63,995 nt of DNA, filler included, from Octopus bimaculoides (GCF_001194135.2; 6 parts of 6 records of this genome joined end to end with filler, not necessarily neighbours in it); one strand, 5' to 3'; shown: positions 27,145-40,112, numbered from the whole stretch's first letter. Program-made: numbers and translations. The notes: a model not told the origin generated them from the letters alone.

Positions 27145-27203
27145 ATCATACCGATGAAGGAAATTGAGTATTATCACTCATAATCCAGAAACGCGTCTAT
27201 GAT
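27145..27203 (+). ncRNA. Minimal hammerhead-like motif (core variant CCGAUGA)
   Basis: ATCATA-CCGATGA-A-GGA..TGAGT..ACTCA..TCC-A-GAA-ACGCGT-C-TATGAT. Confidence 0.62.
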
Positions 27204-27578
27204 TAACTTCGGAATGGTTAGTTTTCATTGTTTTTTCTTCTTGTTTTTGCCTTTGTGAGTTACAAGTGATGCTATCTGTTGGAGTCTCAGCTTTTTTAGC
27301 TGCTATTTCTGAACTTCGGTATGTGGTGAAGCAAATGTTTTGCTGATCCCTTAATTATGTTTATATATATATATATATATATATATGAAATTTTGAATTT
27401 ACATATATATATATACATAAGAATAAGCATATCAAAAGGGGTCCGTAGGAAAACTCATTTAAGTAAAAGTGTTGGGAACCACTATTGGGAACCACTGGTT
27501 CCCAATTTTTAAAAAATATTTTACATGAACAATACCGCAAACATACATATACACACGTATGTATGTATATATGTATGT

Positions 27579-27629
<51 letters not shown>

Positions 27630-29045
27630 CATATACATACATACACACACACACACTCACGCACACGTATGTATGAATGTGTATGTATGTATATGCATGC
27701 ATGTATATATACATACACATATGTGTGTGTGTGTACCTCTGTGTATGTGTGTATGTGCCTTTGCGTGTGCGTGCGTGTATTCAGCTTCTAGAGCATCCGC
27801 CTTGAAAGTAAATAGTTTTCTTTCGTTAATCTAAATCACTTGGATAACATTGATTTAATCAGGTCAAGCCGCTAGAAGAAGAAAAAAAAGAAAACAAATC
27901 ACCTCTTTTTGGGATCTCAAGTGAGGGTTTAAGCTTGTTTATAACAAACAGTAAAGAATGCTTTTGATGAGAAAATCCAATCTATAGGTGTTGAGCAACA
28001 GAACATTTCAATCATCCGAACAAACAGTTTTAACATGAACGTCTCAGCCCTCGGTAAACATGACACATTTAATGGTGTGACTGTTGAATGAATGCAACAT
28101 ACTTAGATTGAGAGCCTCAAGTTAGTATTTCTTCACCGGTTTTGCCCTGCAACCTTCGACAAAACACTTATTCAGTCTTAACTTACACAATATGAAACTC
28201 GTCATTGAAAATTCACTTCGCTAAAATACACAAGCACTTCAAATAGTGTCTATATGATGACGTATTAGTGATGAACGTGCTTGTGTGTGTGAGCATGTGT
28301 GTATGTATGTATACACACACACACACAGATATATATATANNNNNNNNNNNNNNNNNNNNNNNNNNNNNNNNNNNNNNNNNNNNNNNNNNNNNNNNNNNNN
28401 NNNNNNNNNNNNNNNNNNNNNNNNNNNNNNNNNNNNNNNNNNNNNNNNNNNNNNNNNNNNNNNNNNNNNNNNNNNNNNNNNNNNNNNNNNNNNNNNNNNN
28501 NNNNNNNNNNNNNNNNNNNNNNNNNNNNNNNNNNNNNNNNNNNNNNNNNNNNNNNNNNNNNNNNNNNNNNNNNNNNNNNNNNNNNNNNNNNNNNNNNNNN
28601 NNNNNNNNNNNNNNNNNNNNNNNNNNNNNNNNNNNNNNNNNNNNNNNNNNNNNNNNNNNNNNNNNNNNNNNNNNNNNNNNNNNNNNNNNNNNNNNNNNNN
28701 NNNNNNNNNNNNNNNNNNNNNNNNNNNNNNNNNNNNNNNNNNNNNNNNCCTCTGTATCTTCTGCATTAAGGAATCTATGCATTCATAAAAATTTCACCGT
28801 AAGGTGGCGTTCCTAACGCAAGGCGTTTCCATATTTCTTCTAATGTCTTCCAGTGGCTTCCGTGTGACATGGAAACCAATGGAAAAGTGGGTTTCACGTT
28901 ACGGAATTCCAACATACAGCAAGCCTTTGAAGAGTAGTGGTTTTGTAACGCGGTTGTCTATAAATTGATAAACGAAATTCTACCTCTGTAATCCAAAGAT
29001 CTAAACGTTATTGTTCTTCGTTGTTTTTTTTTAATATGTTATCAG

Positions 29046-29247
29046 GTTGGAGGACATCGATGTCACGATCTTAATGAAAAGCATTGCATCATGCCACAGC
29101 TTGGCTCCGGGCCCACGACGATAGGAAGTGGATCTGGTTATTATACTAAGAAAGACTATCAAGAAATTCTTCAATATGCCAAAGAAAGACATATTCAAGT
29201 GATTCCTGAGATCGATATGCCAGGGCATAGCCATGCTTTGAACAAAG
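29046..29247 (+). CDS. GH20 chitobiase-type beta-N-acetylhexosaminidase, internal exon 1 of 4 visible
   Basis: ttatcag|GTT acceptor, G|gtaagt donor. Translates VGGHRCHDLNEKHCIMPQLGSG...YYTKKDYQEILQYAKERHIQVIPEIDMPGHSHALNK, containing the GH20 PE(I/F)DMPGH motif. The phase-1 end matches the next exon. Confidence 0.93.
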
Positions 29248-29928
29248 GTAAGTGCTTCAAATATATAACTGGTTTTCGTTTTTAACGGTAGAACTCGAAG
29301 CAGAGAAAACTATAAATAATAGCGTGCAAGTATTGTGTTAAAAACCCATTTGGATAGAAAAAAACGAAGGATACCCGTGGGACACGAAGCCACAACTGTT
29401 TGTAAACTTGACAGACGTTTTACTATTGAAACAAAGTAATCCTTTGAATTTTTCAACCCATTTTTAAAGATGTTTTGATCTTACCAGCTAGAATTGTTGT
29501 TGTTTACGTCCTAAGGACTTAGAAAATTTGAAAGGGATTAAATAATTCATTTATTCCGGTGGATAAAGCTATAATTAAAAGAGTGGGATCTTTCTGATTT
29601 GGCGGGCGCCACTTTTTATTTGTTTTATTTAGTGTGTTTTCTACCGGAACACTTTAAAACTTCGTATACTTGTATATTTTGTCTTATAGAACAGAGGCAA
29701 ATTCTTATATTCGAAGTTATTTCATGTTAAAAGTTGTCGTATTTCGGTAATTTCAACCAATCACTGACGGCTATTGAGGTGAAAACAATTACTGCTGTGG
29801 ATTGTCAACAAAACGTTCTTGCGGTGTAATGGGATCTTTTCCCTTGAATAAAATTAGTGCCGTTGTTTGTCAACAACAACTATCGGCGGTACTGTTATTT
29901 ATGACATCGTTCGTGCGTTTGTACTGGT

Positions 29929-29990
29929 TTTAGGGTTATGGTTCGGGTTTTAGAGTTAGGGTTAGGATTAGGGTTTTAGGGTTAGGGTTA
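29929..29990 (+). repeat. Degenerate interstitial (TTAGGG)n tract inside a repeat
   Basis: About 10 imperfect TTAGGG units. Confidence 0.7.
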
Positions 29991-31229
29991 TGAGTATTTT
30001 TGCAACATGATATAGTTGCTTCTCGGTGTAATTACAACGACAATAATTTCTGCCCTTCAGTCCCACTATACGGCACCTGAATTGTTCAATGGCTTGGAAG
30101 TGAATTTGATAGATGGAAACTGTCCGAAAGCCCGCCATATATATANNNNNNNNNNNNNNNNNNNNNNNNNNNNNNNNNNNNNNNNNNNNNNNNNNNNNNN
30201 NNNNNNNNNNNNNNNNNNNNNNNNNNNNNNNNNNNNNNNNNNNNNNNNNNNNNNNNNNNNNNNNNNNNNNNNNNNNNNNNNNNNNNNNNNNNNNNNNNNN
30301 NNNNNNNNNNNNNNNNNNNNNNNNNNNNNNNNNNNNNNNNNNNNNNNNNNNNNNNNNNNNNNNNNNNNNNNNNNNNNNNNNNNNNNNNNNNNNNNNNNNN
30401 NNNNNNNNNNNNNNNNNNNNNNNNNNNNNNNNNNNNNNNNNNNNNNNNNNNNNNNNTGAAACTGAAAAAAGCCCATCGTATATATATGTATATATATATA
30501 TGTATATGTATTTGTGTGTTTGTGTCAGTGTTTGTTTCCCACGAACATCGCTTAACAACTGATGTTGGGTTGTTTATGTCCCCGTTACTTGACGGCTCGG
30601 CAAAAGAGGCCGATGACATAAATATCAGGCTTTAAAAGAAATAAATCCTGGGGTCGATTTGTTCGACGAAAACCCCTTAAGGTGGCGTTCCAGTATCGCC
30701 GCAGTCAAATAACTGAAATATATAAAAGAATCAAAGAATATAGTTTTCAGTTCCTTTATTGGTAGGATCAACGAAAGAAATACTCCATTCAGTACTCTAG
30801 GGACAAGGCCCGAAATTTTGGGGTCGGCCCCAGTACGCAACTGATACTTAATTTATCGACCCCGAAAGGATGAAAGGCAAAGTCGACCTCGGCAGAATTT
30901 GAACCCAGAACATAAAGACAGACGAAATACCGCTAAGCATTTCACCCGGCGTGCTAATGATTTTGCCAGCTCGCCACCTTAAGCACATTATGATATTAAG
31001 AAACTTAGGTAATGAATAAAGTTTTTTGAACATAAATTACGCATGAAATGAGATCGCAATTATAATATGTATTAGGAGTCCTATATCTTACTTGAAGCGT
31101 TTTGTATCTTGTACTTATTTTTCTTGTAATGCCCGACACAGCCGTATTGAAGCTTTTTTTCAATGAAAGTCATGTGTGATAAAGCAAAGCAAACACTTAT
31201 AGCAAACACACAAATAGGATAATGGCATG

Positions 31230-33530
31230 TACAAAAGTAAATGTCAGAGCATACTTATGAGTGAACAGTGTGTGTGAAGTAAGAAGGGTCATTGAAAGTA
31301 ATGTACTGTTAACAGCAATCAGGGAAATGAAGCAAAATATCAATGAAATGCTTGCAAGTCTGATTGCTAACCGCTACAGTTTGGCATAGATGTGAAGAAT
31401 GTAGCAGAGGAATAACTACTGTAGGGTTGCTTTGTAGACGACATTTTTTTGTCTTTCCTTCGGGAGCATAGATGAATAAGTTGTCTGGATGGCCAACCCT
31501 GGAACAACCGCCGTAGAACTGTCCATGTGAAAAGCAGGATGTTCGAAGGTCCAATCCGACAATTTTCAGCGACTGACCTTGCGCTTTTTTAATTGTCATG
31601 GTGAAGCTGAATTTGAGAGGGAACTGAAGTCTCTGCATAGGGTAGGGGCTGTTTGTTGGTGTTAGCGGAATTTTCAGAATGAAAACGGTATCGTTTTTTG
31701 CCGTGTCCCGTGATAATTTGGGCTTCAGTGACATAGTCCATCATTTGTTTGACTACAAAGCGAGTTCTATTGCATAGTGTGGGTGCGTTTAGATTACGTA
31801 GGAGAATGACAGGGCAACCGACTTTTAAGTGAAGGTCATGGGGAGGGAGTCCTGGAGGATCTTGGGAGTTGAGAAATTCTGTTGGAAAGTGTGTAACCTG
31901 ATCGAGGTCGGTAACAGTGTCAACTGATCTGTAACAACGTTCTTGAGAAGGTAGCTGGCTGAGTAAGTCATAGTTAAGAGTGTTGACAACTGCATTTGTA
32001 GGTGCAAGAACAGCCCTGTCGTGAAGCCAATCTGGTTTTATTCATTCCTTTGTAAGATTTGGGTAAACAGCAGAATATAAGTCATCGGGGCTGGAGACAG
32101 TGTAGCCAATGGAGGTAATGTCAATGTTTCCATTGTCGTCAGACGTAATTTGTCCATTGCCAATTTTAAGGAGCATTTCCGAAAACTGGGTTGACCAGTC
32201 TGAAGGAATGATCTCATCTTGATGGTGAGTTATTTCGATTAGACATGCGGCCAAAGGAGAGATTTTTTAAAGCAGGCATTGAGTTCACCAGAGAGTGTCC
32301 CTTTGGGTATAATAGGCAGAGTTTGCCGAAAATCTCCTGCAAGAAGTAGAGTCGCACCTCCAAGGATGTTGTTGTTTGATCTAACGTTTCTCATTGTGGT
32401 ATCAAGTGCTTGTAGGGAACATTTATGGGACATAGTTACTTCATCCCAAACAATGAGTTTGCACTTTTTTTCAAAATTGTCGCTTCGTCCGAGAAATGCT
32501 CGTTGGGTTTTCTTGATGTGCTACATTGAAAGGCAATTTGAAGATAGTATGATGTTCGTCCGCTGTTGAGGTTATTCCTGAGGAGGCAACAGCTATAGCA
32601 AGGTCACGATTATGCCGCAGCTTCGCAAGAATAAGATTCAGGAGGAATGTTTTTCCAGTTCTACCAGGTGCATCTAAGAAGCTGATTCAGCCTCTGTGTG
32701 TGTAGATGTTTCCGAGGACGAAATTGTATACGTCAATTTGATCGGAATTCAGAAGGGGCTCGTTGTAGGTAATGTAATGTTTGAGTTTGTGGATGTTGTA
32801 GAATGTTTCTTTGAGAATGAGGCGATTGGGACAGGCGTCTTCATTTCTGTCTGAAGTGTTGAGAGAATAAGCGTCCAACCGTTGATTTCCAATTGCTATA
32901 ACCGAGTCTTCCAAAAGAAGAAGCCCTCTATTGTAAGTGGCATGGGTAGTGGAAGTGTCAACGCTACCTGTGATTTGGCAAGTCTGCAGCAAAATATCAT
33001 GGCACATTGAGTCTTTGTATTTATTCCAAAGTGAATGTGCGTCTGTCAGGTTGCAGGAAACCAGTATTATGCGAAAATGTGTCGGAGCTTGTGCGGAGAA
33101 TGACACAGAGAGGCCTCTTCAAATGTATTATCATCTGTATCCGTTTGGAGCTGGCATCTTTGAAAGTGCTGCATAAGTGGTCGTCCACTGTGCGAAGGTT
33201 GTCGAAAGAGATGGTCCCTTAATGACATGAAGTAAGAGCTGCAGATGGAAGCATTCGGAGTTCAAGGGGTGAACTGTGTAAACGCGTCTGATTGTGTCGC
33301 CTTTGTACACGGTTGGATACAGCTGCGGAGGCCGGCTTTGTTTTCATCGTTGAATTCTACGTTGATGCGTGCATGAAATGTTTTGTACTTATGCAAAGCA
33401 TCTGTTTTGTGGTGTACGACCCACCGATTGACAACCAAAAATTCCTGGTTATGACCTGTTTTGATGATTGCTGTGTAAGGGAGACAATCAATTTCTGACT
33501 GTTATTTCGCGAAGCACAGACCTTCTGACC
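31230..33530 (-). mobile_element. Decayed Helitron (partial Rep plus PIF1-like helicase), intronic and antisense to the GH20 gene
   Basis: Frameshifted fragments NRWVV..INVE, RRVYTVHP..CFHL, FLDAPGRTGKTFLLN (Walker A), LLLAGDFRQTLP, LKVGCPVILLRN, RLQFPLKFSFTMTIKKAQGQSL..FSHGQ..CSRVG. Termini not clearly resolved. Confidence 0.9.
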
Positions 33531-33655
33531 CTAGAAAGTCCATAAGTGAAAAATCGAAATAGTGTAGAACTATCTGTGGAACATAAGTGATATATTTGCC
33601 AAGCGTGAATGAAATCGAAGAATATTGATTTTACGTGAGATCAAGTAATGGTCGG

Positions 33656-33694
<39 letters not shown>

Positions 33695-34035
33695 NNNNNN
33701 NNNNNNNNNNNNNNNNNNNNNNNNNNNNNNNNNNNNNNNNNNNNNNNNNNNNNNNNNNNNNNATATATATATATATATATATATATATAAGAGACTCAGA
33801 GAGAGAGAAAGAGAGATAGGGGGAGTATGTTTGGTAGTTGATAAAAGTTTTAAAACACATGTTACGGAGAAAAGGAACAGATGCTATAATGTCATAATCT
33901 ATAATAAAATTCAGTATTTGAATGTTTGAAAGCCAGCGTTGACTCTCACAGAATTTAATCTCAAAAGTTATATATTATACTGTTATATTTTAAATCATCA
34001 GTAAGATGGTAGAATATACCTCTTTTACATTTTAG

Positions 34036-34337
34036 CAATGCAGTCACGGTACCAGAAATTATTGCAGGATGGTAAAATGAATGAGGCGAGACGCTATGTT
34101 TTGGTTGACCCGAACGATACAAGCCAATACAAGTCGATCCAAATGTATACAGATAATGCCATTAACCCATGCTTGGAAAGCACGTACAACTTCATTGAAA
34201 AAATTGTCAAAACTTTGATTGACTACCACAAAACGATAATGCCTTTGAAAGTATACCATTTTGGAGGAGACGAAGTAGCTAAAGGGACTTGGGAAAATTC
34301 CACTGCTTGCAACGAGGTCGTGAACAACAGTTCCAAC
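34036..34337 (+). CDS. GH20 hexosaminidase internal exon 2 (catalytic Asp-Glu)
   Basis: ttttag|CA acceptor completes the GCA codon; AAC|gtaagg donor. Translates AMQSRY...DPNDTSQYKSIQMYTDNAINPCLESTY...YHFGGDEVAKGTWENSTAC, with the HxGGDE catalytic motif. Confidence 0.93.
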
Positions 34338-34649
34338 GTAAGGAAATACCAACGACTTTTTAAAGTTTAATTTTAAAGCATTAAATGAGAAATTTTATCT
34401 GAAATCAAACGGTCATCTAATATATTTTTTAATCTTTCAAATTTAATCTAAAGCTTAATTTGAAACTTAAAAATTTAATCTAAAGAGTTGAATGATAAAT
34501 AACTTAAATAAATAACCCAGCAGTTAGATACGTCAAAAGTGATAGTGGGGGAAGTTGATCTAGAAATTGGAGCACCAACCTAAGTTGACGGCCGGTCACA
34601 TACTGTCACTAGTACTGTGCCGTAACTACATACACACAACACTAGCACT

Positions 34650-34968
34650 TCATTGGTTACGACGATGAGGATTCCAGTTGATTAGATCAACGGAACAGTC
34701 TCCACGTGAAATTAATGCGCAAGTGGTTAAACACTCCACAGACACGCGTAGCCTTAACGTAGTTTTCAGGGAGATTTGCAGTGACACAGAATGAGACAAG
34801 GCTGGCCCTTTGAATTACAGGTACAACTCAATTTTTCCGGCTGAGTTTATTGGAACAATGGGAAATAAAGTGCCCTTGCTGAAGAGCAAAGCGCGTCGCC
34901 GGGAATCGAACTGACAACCTTACGATCTTGAACCGAATATCCTCACCACTAAGCCAAGCGCCTTCACG
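34650..34968 (-). mobile_element. tRNA-derived SINE, another family, intronic
   Basis: Minus strand TGGCTTAGTGG A box, AGTTCGATTCCC B box, CAGCAAGGGCACTTTA core-like motif. Confidence 0.7.
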
Positions 34969-36499
34969 TGCCCGTAACTTACAGACCTAACATTCAACGT
35001 TCAGATCTAGCAAGTTATGAGTGACTTTCTCGGCTACTTCGCTGCTCCACCAAGGCGATAAATTGTCGCTCTTTCTCCAGAAAATAACCTGTGAATGTCT
35101 AAATGCCCATAACTGATGTTAACCCATTGCCTGCCATGAGCCCTATTTGGGGATCTGCTAAAAATAGTCTCACTGCTGGTTGTTCATTATATTTAAAGTG
35201 AATTGCTTATGGACGTTGCATTTTCAGAGGTGTGCTTAAAAATATTTAGTAGTTAAAATTTGTCATTATTAGCTCTGGTTAACTTTATGTCATAAATCAC
35301 AATTTTTGAACTACAAAAATACTGACTGTTTTAAAGACATTTCTTCTTTTTTTTTTTTTCATTTCCCATCTATATCATTCATTGATATTTCATACACATT
35401 CGCATTTGATGCTATAGTTTCAGAATGTTTGGGTAAATTGTTTATTATTGCAATTGAATAGAAAAGGATTTGGGACTTTTCAAAAAACTTATAATTTCTA
35501 AACTAAAAATCCATTCACAAAGCTTTGGTCGGCCCGTAGCTATAGTAGAAGACACTTGCCCAAGGTTCCACGCAGTGGGAATGAACTCATGACCATGTAG
35601 CTGGTAAGCAAGCTTCTTACCACACAGCTACTCCTGCGCTTATGTAGTTCTACACTGAATTTGAATTAAAGCCTTTGTTTCCAACCAACAAATAATGAGG
35701 GATTCAAATTTTAGCAAAAGGCCAACAGTTTCAAGGGAAGGGGTAAGTCGATTACATCGATCCCAATGCTAGTTTTATCGATCCCGAGAGGTGCTAACGA
35801 TTCTGCCAGCTCGCCGCCTTTAAACAATAAATAATGATAACATTAATCACTGAGCTATTGCCGTAACTTCATTACTAATCTTAATTTAGAAATAAAAGTT
35901 GTAAGTTCGATTCTAGTTTACGATGAGGTACAAGTCCAGAAAGAAGNNNNNNNNNNATTCTGGCACAAGGCCAGCAGTTTTGAGGGAGAGCTCAAGTCGA
36001 TTACATCGATCCCAATGCTAGTTTTATCGATCCCGAGAGGTGCTAACGATTCTGCCAGCTCGCCGCCTTTAAACAATAAATAATGATAACATTAATCACT
36101 GAGCTATTGCCGTAACTTCATTACTAATCTTAATTTAGAAATAAAAGTTGTAAGTTCGATTCTAGTTTACGATGAGGTACAAGTCCAGAAAGAAGACACC
36201 AAAGATATCAGTGATGAAAACAGAAACAGAGCGTGTGTTTATTTCTGGTATAATGACCTTCCCAAGATATAACAAAAATTCTGATGGTGTTCGATTAATA
36301 ATGTAGAATTAAATATCGGCAATATACACTTTAAAATGTAGGCTAATAGTGTAGAAAGAGATTATAAATATAGACTCTCGTGATGGGGTTAATAATGTGG
36401 GCATAGATATGCCAATTTATATGCTGAAGATTACGTTGATAATCTAACAACTTATAATCTTAACTAATAAATGTTTTTACTTTTCAAAAATATTTTCAG

Positions 36500-36730
36500 C
36501 TTCCTGGAAAAGAGGTTTTCAAAGAATACTTCGTTCGAAAACTCTCCAATATCACCGCAAAATATGATATTAATTTGGCTGCCTGGGAAGACGGTGTGAT
36601 GAAATCAGGAACTGTACCATACAATATATCAGCATTGAAAAATAAGGAAATCTTTGCATACGCTTGGGACAATGTCTGGGAATGGGGCAACTCAAACCGA
36701 GCCTACAAATTAGCTAATGATGGCTTTAAG
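36500..36730 (+). CDS. GH20 hexosaminidase internal exon 3
   Basis: ttttcag|CTT ... AAG|gtacgt, 77 codons, phase 0-0. Translates LPGKEVFKEYFVRKLSNI...AAWEDG...AYAWDNVWEWGNSNRAYKLANDGFK. Confidence 0.92.
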
Positions 36731-36764
36731 GTACGTAAACTGAACGTTTCGTTGTTATAAAACA

Positions 36765-36975
36765 ATCTTGTTTTCCTCGGTGGTGGGGGCAGTTGCAGGA
36801 CGTCCAGACCTTGGGTAGTTTTCAAGATTCTCCTTTCTCCTCCTAAGTTCAGCTACCCACTTTTTAACTGTCATCCCCCAATGTAGCAACAATGTCGATA
36901 TGAATATCTGTGGGGATAAATCACTTTTCTGGAGGTATTTAATAACACCACGATGCCAAATTTTGTCCATTTTCA
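36765..36975 (-). mobile_element. Mariner transposase N-terminal fragment (intronic)
   Basis: MDKIWHRGVIKYLQK...KKWVAELRR..ENLENYPRSGRP, a mariner-type HTH with the RSGRP linker. Confidence 0.8.
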
Positions 36976-37440
36976 AGAGAAATCGCTACTACTTACATTT
37001 AAAGTTTTCTTTGAATAGTCACATACCAGTTTACCTGGAAAGAAACAATGCAGTTATTAATAAGAAGAGTTGAAATTAATGCATGTAAGATTTCACAGCC
37101 CTAGCATCATTCCTTCATAGTCAGCTTATGAACTTTTCTGCCCTCTCTCGTATATATACATACACATATACAGATATAGTTTGCTGTTCCGTGAAGGAAA
37201 GATCTCAAAAAAAAAAAAAACATATTCTATTCAGTGAGAGATAAATATCATTTAATGTACATGGTATAAAGACACGAGCAACTAATAGTTTCTTGCTGTG
37301 AAGACACGTGTCTATACACGTTTTTATAACACGCGTTGGAGACTCAAGTAAAATACAAAAGACAGGCACACCGATTTGCTAGTTACTGCATTAGTTTTCC
37401 CTAGGTAACATGGGCTGGTAGATGGCTATGATGTTTTATC

Positions 37441-37668
37441 TTTTCATTGTTTCAATCATTAGACTGAGGTCATGCTGGGGCACCGCCTTGAAGAAATTTT
37501 TTAGTCGAATGAATTGCTACAAGTACTTCTTTTTTTAAAGCCTGATACTTATTCTATCGGTCTCTTTTTCCGAACTGTCAAACTACAGGGACGTAAACAC
37601 ACCAACACTGGTTTCAAGTGGCGTGGGGAGACAGACACAGGCACAGGCACACACACACACACACACAC

Positions 37669-37700
<32 letters not shown>

Positions 37701-37902
37701 GTGTGTGTGCGTGTGTGTGTGTGTGTGTGCGTGTGTGTGTGTGTGTGTGTAGACGGTCTTCTTTCAGTTTCCGTCTACCAAAGCATTGGTCGGTCCGGGT
37801 CCATAGTAGAAGACACTCGCCCAAGATACCACGCAGTGAAACTGAACCCGAAACCATGTAATTGGGAAGCAAGCTTCTTAACACAGAACCACGCTTACGC
37901 CT
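37441..37902 (-). mobile_element. Family B SINE, intronic
   Basis: Reverse complement of the 4874-5287 layout. Confidence 0.82.
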
Positions 37903-38244
37903 ATACATTAAGTATGATACATAGATGACTATTTTAATTAAAAACTACCTCAGTTACATATACTGGATAAAAGATAATGTGTGTGTGTATGATTATAATG
38001 ATTGACAGAAACTCTAAAGGTTTCTGCTTGTTCTTACGATACTTCCTAAATGGACATGGAATTATAATAGAAGACTAATACCAAATGTAACAGCCGTGTC
38101 TTTAATTTCGAATGTTCGAGTAATCTCATCATTTTATTGTTATTCTTTGTATAGTTACTCCTATTGGTTCAACGTTTTATCTTATTCTATTTACGTTTAT
38201 AATATATTTTTATCTCAATTTTTTTTTTGTCTATCTCCATTCAG

Positions 38245-38485
38245 ATTGTTATGTCACAAGCTACTCATCTCTATTTCGATCATCCTTACGAACCAGATCC
38301 AGAAGAACCAGGCTATTATTGGGCTACAAGGTTTACAGACACACGCAAAACATTTGGTTTTATGCCTGAAAACATTTATGGCAACGCCAAAGTAGCAAGA
38401 TCTGGAGAGCCAATAACGAAAGAACAACTTTGTGGAAAAGAAGGCAAAACCTGTGTTCAGCTAAAGAAGTTTGAAAATTTAGCAG
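38245..38485 (+). CDS. GH20 hexosaminidase internal exon 4
   Basis: ccattcag|ATT ... GCAG|gtatct. Translates IVMSQATHLYFDHPYEPDPEEPGYYWATRFTDTRKTFGFMPENIY..., resembling the YxDxPYExxPxExGYYWxxR stretch of chitobiases. Confidence 0.92.
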
Positions 38486-38821
38486 GTATCTCGCGTCATA
38501 AATTTTGACTTTTATTCTTTCAGGATCGATAAATTTTGACTTTTATTCTTTCAGGATCGATAAATAAAGTACTAGTCGAGGGTGTTGGGTTGGCGGAATT
38601 ATTTGAGTTCTGGAAAGGAAACCTTGCTGTGCCCGTCCCAGGTTTAAGCGTTCTCAGTTCAAAATTCCGACGAGGTCAAGTTTACATATTATTTAGGTAT
38701 CTAACGGAAACAACTAGAAATGTAAGATACAGAAATAAAAAAAAATATTTCTCAAAAGCGTGATAATGCTATAAAATAGCGTGATCAGGATAAATTATCC
38801 ATTTATTGCAGAAAAATACGT

Positions 38822-38891
38822 TGCCGACCACCCATGAGTTTCGAACTCGCATTTCTGTGATTACGCGTCAAGTGTTTTACCATTAAACTAA
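38822..38891 (-). pseudogene. tRNA-like SINE head or tRNA pseudogene fragment cut by a join
   Basis: TAGTTTAATGGTAAAAC..GAGTTCGAAACTC with A/B-box-like motifs; poor anticodon stem. Confidence 0.45.
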
Positions 38892-39167
38892 NNNNNNNNN
38901 NNNNNNNNNNNNNNNNNNNNNNNNNNNNNNNNNNNTTAATTAATTAANNNNNNNNNNNNNNNNNNNNNNNNNNNNNNNNNNNNNNNNNNNNATATGTATC
39001 TCTGTCTATATAGAATGTCCTGTAGAGCTTCTACAGAAAGTTTGCCTCTTAAGGACAATAAGGATTATCAGGATGGCTCTAAGCACTTGAAAAGCTATTG
39101 AAAGCTAGTGGATACTTAAGGTTACAAATAGTGACCCGCAAACCAGATAAACCCTGAGTCAGATCAC

Positions 39168-39231
<64 letters not shown>

Positions 39232-40112
39232 CATAGAACAGTAACGGACCATGATAGCCCCTTCATGGCAAATACTGGGCTAAACTAAATGCAAAAGAAA
39301 TAGACAGAGAAAAATCCGAGCAATGGTTGAGAAGCTCAGGACTCAATGCAGAGACTGAAGGATTTATAATTGCTGCACAAGACCAAAGCGCATCCATCTG
39401 AAATGACCAAAAACCTATAATGAAAAGAAACATAACAAGTAACTGCAGAATATGTGGCGATGGACAAGAAACAATAAATCATATTATCTCTAGCTGCCCA
39501 GTCCTGGCTAAGAAGGAATATATTCACAGACACGACAGTGCTGGGACCTACATACACTGGAAACTATGCCAACACTATGGAATAACAACAGGAAAAAGAT
39601 GATATAGGCAAACGCCAGAAAAGGTCACAGAAAATGAGAAAGCAACCGTACTCTGGGATATGCCAATACACGCAGTTAGAGAAATTAAGGCAAATAGACC
39701 AGATATAGTTGTCAAAGATTATGAAGAAAAAAAAATGCTTTATAATTGATGTATCAATACCAGCAGATGACAACGTTTCCCGAAAAGAAATGGAGAAACT
39801 TTCAAAATACAAAAACCTGGAAATAGAGGTAACTCGAATGTGGAATCTAAAAACAGAAACAATTCCTATCATAGTAGGTGCCTTAGGTATGATAAAAAAT
39901 ATATTCAGACAAATACATAACAAAAACACCAGGACTTACAAATATATATAACATACAGAAAATTGCACTACTGGGCACTGCACACATCCTGCGCAAAACA
40001 CTTTCAATATAGTAACCATAAGAACATCACAGCAAACCACAGCACATAACCAAGGTACATAGAGATGCGCTCGGTAGTGAAGTGAAAGCACGCTATAAAA
40101 ATAAAACTACTG
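39232..40112 (+). mobile_element. R4/Dong-clade non-LTR retrotransposon, 3' fragment
   Basis: ETEGFIIAAQDQ, CRICGDGQETINHIISSC zinc knuckle, NRPDIV..IIDVSIP restriction-like endonuclease, IPIIVGALG; (TAA)n on both sides. Confidence 0.88.

Noticed and set aside
35745-36195. Tandem duplication of about 200 bp around a short gap
   Set aside because: Most likely an assembly or haplotype artefact; the same applies to 62590-62660 versus 62770-62840.
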